Shown here: positions 61,504-64,000 of the stretch, in pieces
Position numbering within the stretch: the stretch's first letter is position 1
Layout of the letters: every line of letters begins with the position of its first letter
DNA from: Hormiphora californensis
Taxonomy: Eukaryota > Animalia > Ctenophora
Direction: 5' to 3'
Length of the DNA: 64,000 nucleotides
NCBI GenBank assembly: GCA_020137815.1
Contig: CM035352.1
Coordinates: 8,928,001 to 8,992,000, forward strand
The notes under the pieces: generated by a model
What the model saw: only the letters and a program-made list of their open reading frames with translations
Database searches by the model: none
Told to the model about the DNA's origin: nothing
Program-made: the position numbers and the translations under genes

Positions 61504-63123
61504 AAGGGTATTCTAAGGAGCCAACTGCTGGGAGTCGCATCACTCAGAACAATAGTCAAGACATTGAGCCACAATACATCCCTTCAAAAGGGTATTCTAA
61601 GGAGCCAGCTGATGGGAGTGGCATCACTCAGAACAATAGTCAAGACATTGAGCCACAATACATCCCTTCAAAAGGGTATTCTAAGGAGCCAGCTGCTGGG
61701 AGTGGCATCACTCAGAACAATAGTCAAGACATTGAGCCACAATACATCCCTTCAAAAGGGTATTCTAAGGAGCCAACTGCTGGGAGCGGCATCACTCAGA
61801 ACAATAGTCAAGACATTGAGCCACAATACATCCCTTCAAAAGGGTATTCAGGGGAGCCAGCTGCTGGGAGTGGCATCACTCAGAACAATAGTCAAGACAT
61901 TGAGCCACAATACATCCCTTCAAAAGGGTAAGGAGCCAGCTGCTGGGAGTGGCATCACTCAGAACAATAGTCAAGACATTGAGCCACAATACATCCCTTC
62001 AAAAGGGTATTCTAAGGAGCCAGCTGCTGGGAGTGGCATCACTCAGAACAATAGTCAAGACATTGAGCCACAATACATCCCTTCAAAAGGGTATTCAGGG
62101 GAGCCAGCTGCTGGGAGTGGCATCACTCAGAACAATAGTCAAGACATTGAGCCACAATACATCCCTTCAAAAGGGTATTCAGGGGAGCCAGCTGCTGGGA
62201 GCGGCATCACTCAGAACAATATTCAAGACATTGAGCCACAATACATCCCTTCAAAAGGGTATTCTAAGGAGCCAGCTGATGGGAGTGGCATCACTCAGAA
62301 CAATAGTCAAGACATTGAGCCACAATACATCCCTTCAAAAGGGTATTCTAAGGAGCCAGCTGCTGGGAGTGGCATCACTCAGAACAATAGTCAAGACATT
62401 GAGCCACAATACATCCCTTCAAAAGGGTATTCTAAGGAGCCAACTGCTGGGAGCGGCATCACTCAGAACAATAGTCAAGACATTGAGCCACAATACATCC
62501 CTTCAAAAGGGTATTCAGGGGAGCCAGCTGCTGGGAGTGGCATCACTCAGAACAATAGTCAAGACATTGAGCCACAATACATCCCTTCAAAAGGGTAAGG
62601 AGCCAGCTGCTGGGAGTGGCATCACTCAGAACAATAGTCAAGACATTGAGCCACAATACATCCCTTCAAAAGGGTATTCTAAGGAGCCAGCTGCTGGGAG
62701 TGGCATCACTCAGAACAATAGTCAAGACATTGAGCCACAATACATCCCTTCAAAAGGGTATTCAGGGGAGCCAGCTGCTGGGAGTGGCATCACTCAGAAC
62801 AATAGTCAAGACATTGAGCCACAATACATCCCTTCAAAAGGGTATTCAGGGGAGCCAGCTGCTGGGAGCGGCATCACTCAGAACAATATTCAAGACATTG
62901 AGCCACAATACATCCCTTCAAAAGGGTATTCTAAGGGGCCAACTGCTGGGAGTGGCATCACTCAGAACAATAGTCAAGACATTGAGCCACAATACATCCC
63001 TTCAAAAGGGTATTCAGGGGAGCCAGCTGCTGGGAGTGGCATCACTCAGAACAATAGTCAAGACATTGAGCCACAATACATCCCTTCAAAAGGGTATTCT
63101 AATGAGCCAGCTGCTGGGAGTCG
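61504..63123 (+). repeat. 84-bp minisatellite (~19 copies) with a 667-bp higher-order repeat
   Basis: Unit GGGTATTCTAAGGAGCCAGCTGCTGGGAGTGGCATCACTCAGAACAATAGTCAAGACATTGAGCCACAATACATCCCTTCAAAA; 5-bp deletion at ~61928 and ~62595; AATATTCAAG variant at ~62220 and ~62887. Confidence 0.95.
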
Positions 63124-63722
63124 CAACCAGACCAGAATGAGTGTGCGGACCCTGAGATTACAGAAGCAATGGTGACGAATGAGATGGGGGCATTCGAGAC
63201 TGCAGATGGTTTGGTGTTCTTTAGAAATAGAAACAGAAGTGCTGGCGATGATGTCGGATCTCAAAGTGGGGAAAATCACTGTTACCCGCCCGGACAGTAA
63301 ACCCGCAGAAGAGCTGGTTACACGTCAACCAGAGACTAAACGAGCTGAAACGGAGTGCAGAAGCAGAGGCTATGGTAGAAGAGGAAAAGCCTGTCCGCGA
63401 AGCCTACCAGGAATTCGTGAAAGCCACAGTCTACTTGTGGAACCTACGGAGCCCGATAGAGATCAGCTAAATTTTAAATTCTTTTCAACCTATTTCTTGT
63501 TTCCATCTTGTTTACCAGACAGAGTTCTAAGGGAAAATTCGGTTTCACCTCATTTTTTCTTTGTGGAGGGAATTGTTGTATAGTCACAGTTGTCGTTCTG
63601 TCTGTGGTTGTCCTCTCACTCTCACGGTAGTAGTCATGGTAGTGCTCAGTATAGAGATTACATAGTTAAGGGGAAGAACACCACCGTTGCCTTGGTTGTC
63701 ATGGTAACGAGAAGGTGTCTAA

Positions 63723-63950
63723 TTGATAATGAGGTGTGATAATCACCCCCGTGGTGTTCTTCCGTAACATTTCCATACATTCCCATGATCTAATAAAGGA
63801 CCCCTCTGTTACACACTCGCATTGATATGGCTTCATTGATAATGAGGTGTGATAATCACCCCCGTGGTGTTCTTCCGTAACATTTCCATACATTCCCATG
63901 AACTTATAAAGGACCCCCTTACATTACACACTCGCATTGATATGGCTTCA
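63723..63950 (+). repeat. 113-bp tandem duplication
   Basis: TTGATAATGAGGTGTGATAATCACCCCCGTGG at 63723 and 63836. Confidence 0.9.
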
Positions 63951-64000
63951 TCTAGAGATCCTGTGATTGGTTAGAATGGTGTCATATGACCTTCCATGTG

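Noticed and set aside
61234-63175. Long ORFs of 454, 408 and 174 aa
   Set aside because: They arise from a stop-poor 84-bp satellite with frame-switching deletions; no domain evidence.
14700-63600. Definite Polinton/Maverick, NCLDV or LTR-element call
   Set aside because: No polymerase, capsid, packaging ATPase, integrase, RT or LTR pair was recognised; kept only as a hypothesis.
1-64000. tRNA, rRNA or spliced-leader RNA genes
   Set aside because: No convincing cloverleaf, A/B boxes, rRNA segment or SL-plus-Sm-site pattern seen by eye; a covariance-model scan would be needed to exclude them.

Overview
Eukaryotic (animal) genomic DNA, very repeat-rich. Two MITE families (750-858; the ends of 53077-59198) match repeats I recall from the ctenophore Pleurobrachia, so a ctenophore origin is likely but unverified. 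Only one clearly intact host gene is present: the last six exons (1-2186, +) of an NRF-6/acyltransferase-3 membrane O-acyltransferase. About 2.5-14.6 kb is nested transposon debris. It includes an internally deleted CR1-group LINE, a CRE-clade retrotransposon fragment with an 11-bp TSD, a 1.4-kb near-perfect palindrome and a Harbinger MITE. About 14.7-63.6 kb is a mosaic of short, co-oriented (+), repeatedly duplicated and mostly broken coding modules: alpha-kinase, SINA/Siah-type RING, CCHC knuckle, PAN, transposase scraps and several unknown mini-proteins with synonymous-site divergence. The modules are separated by T-rich spacers and often have a splice-acceptor AG 3-12 nt before the ATG. 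This mosaic is interrupted by non-autonomous hAT, Kolobok, pogo/mariner, Academ-like, piggyBac and MuDR/Merlin-like elements and by satellites. A four-level nest at 53-59 kb hides a LINE with intact ORF1 and endonuclease but no reverse transcriptase. All family assignments come from motif recognition by eye; no searches were run.
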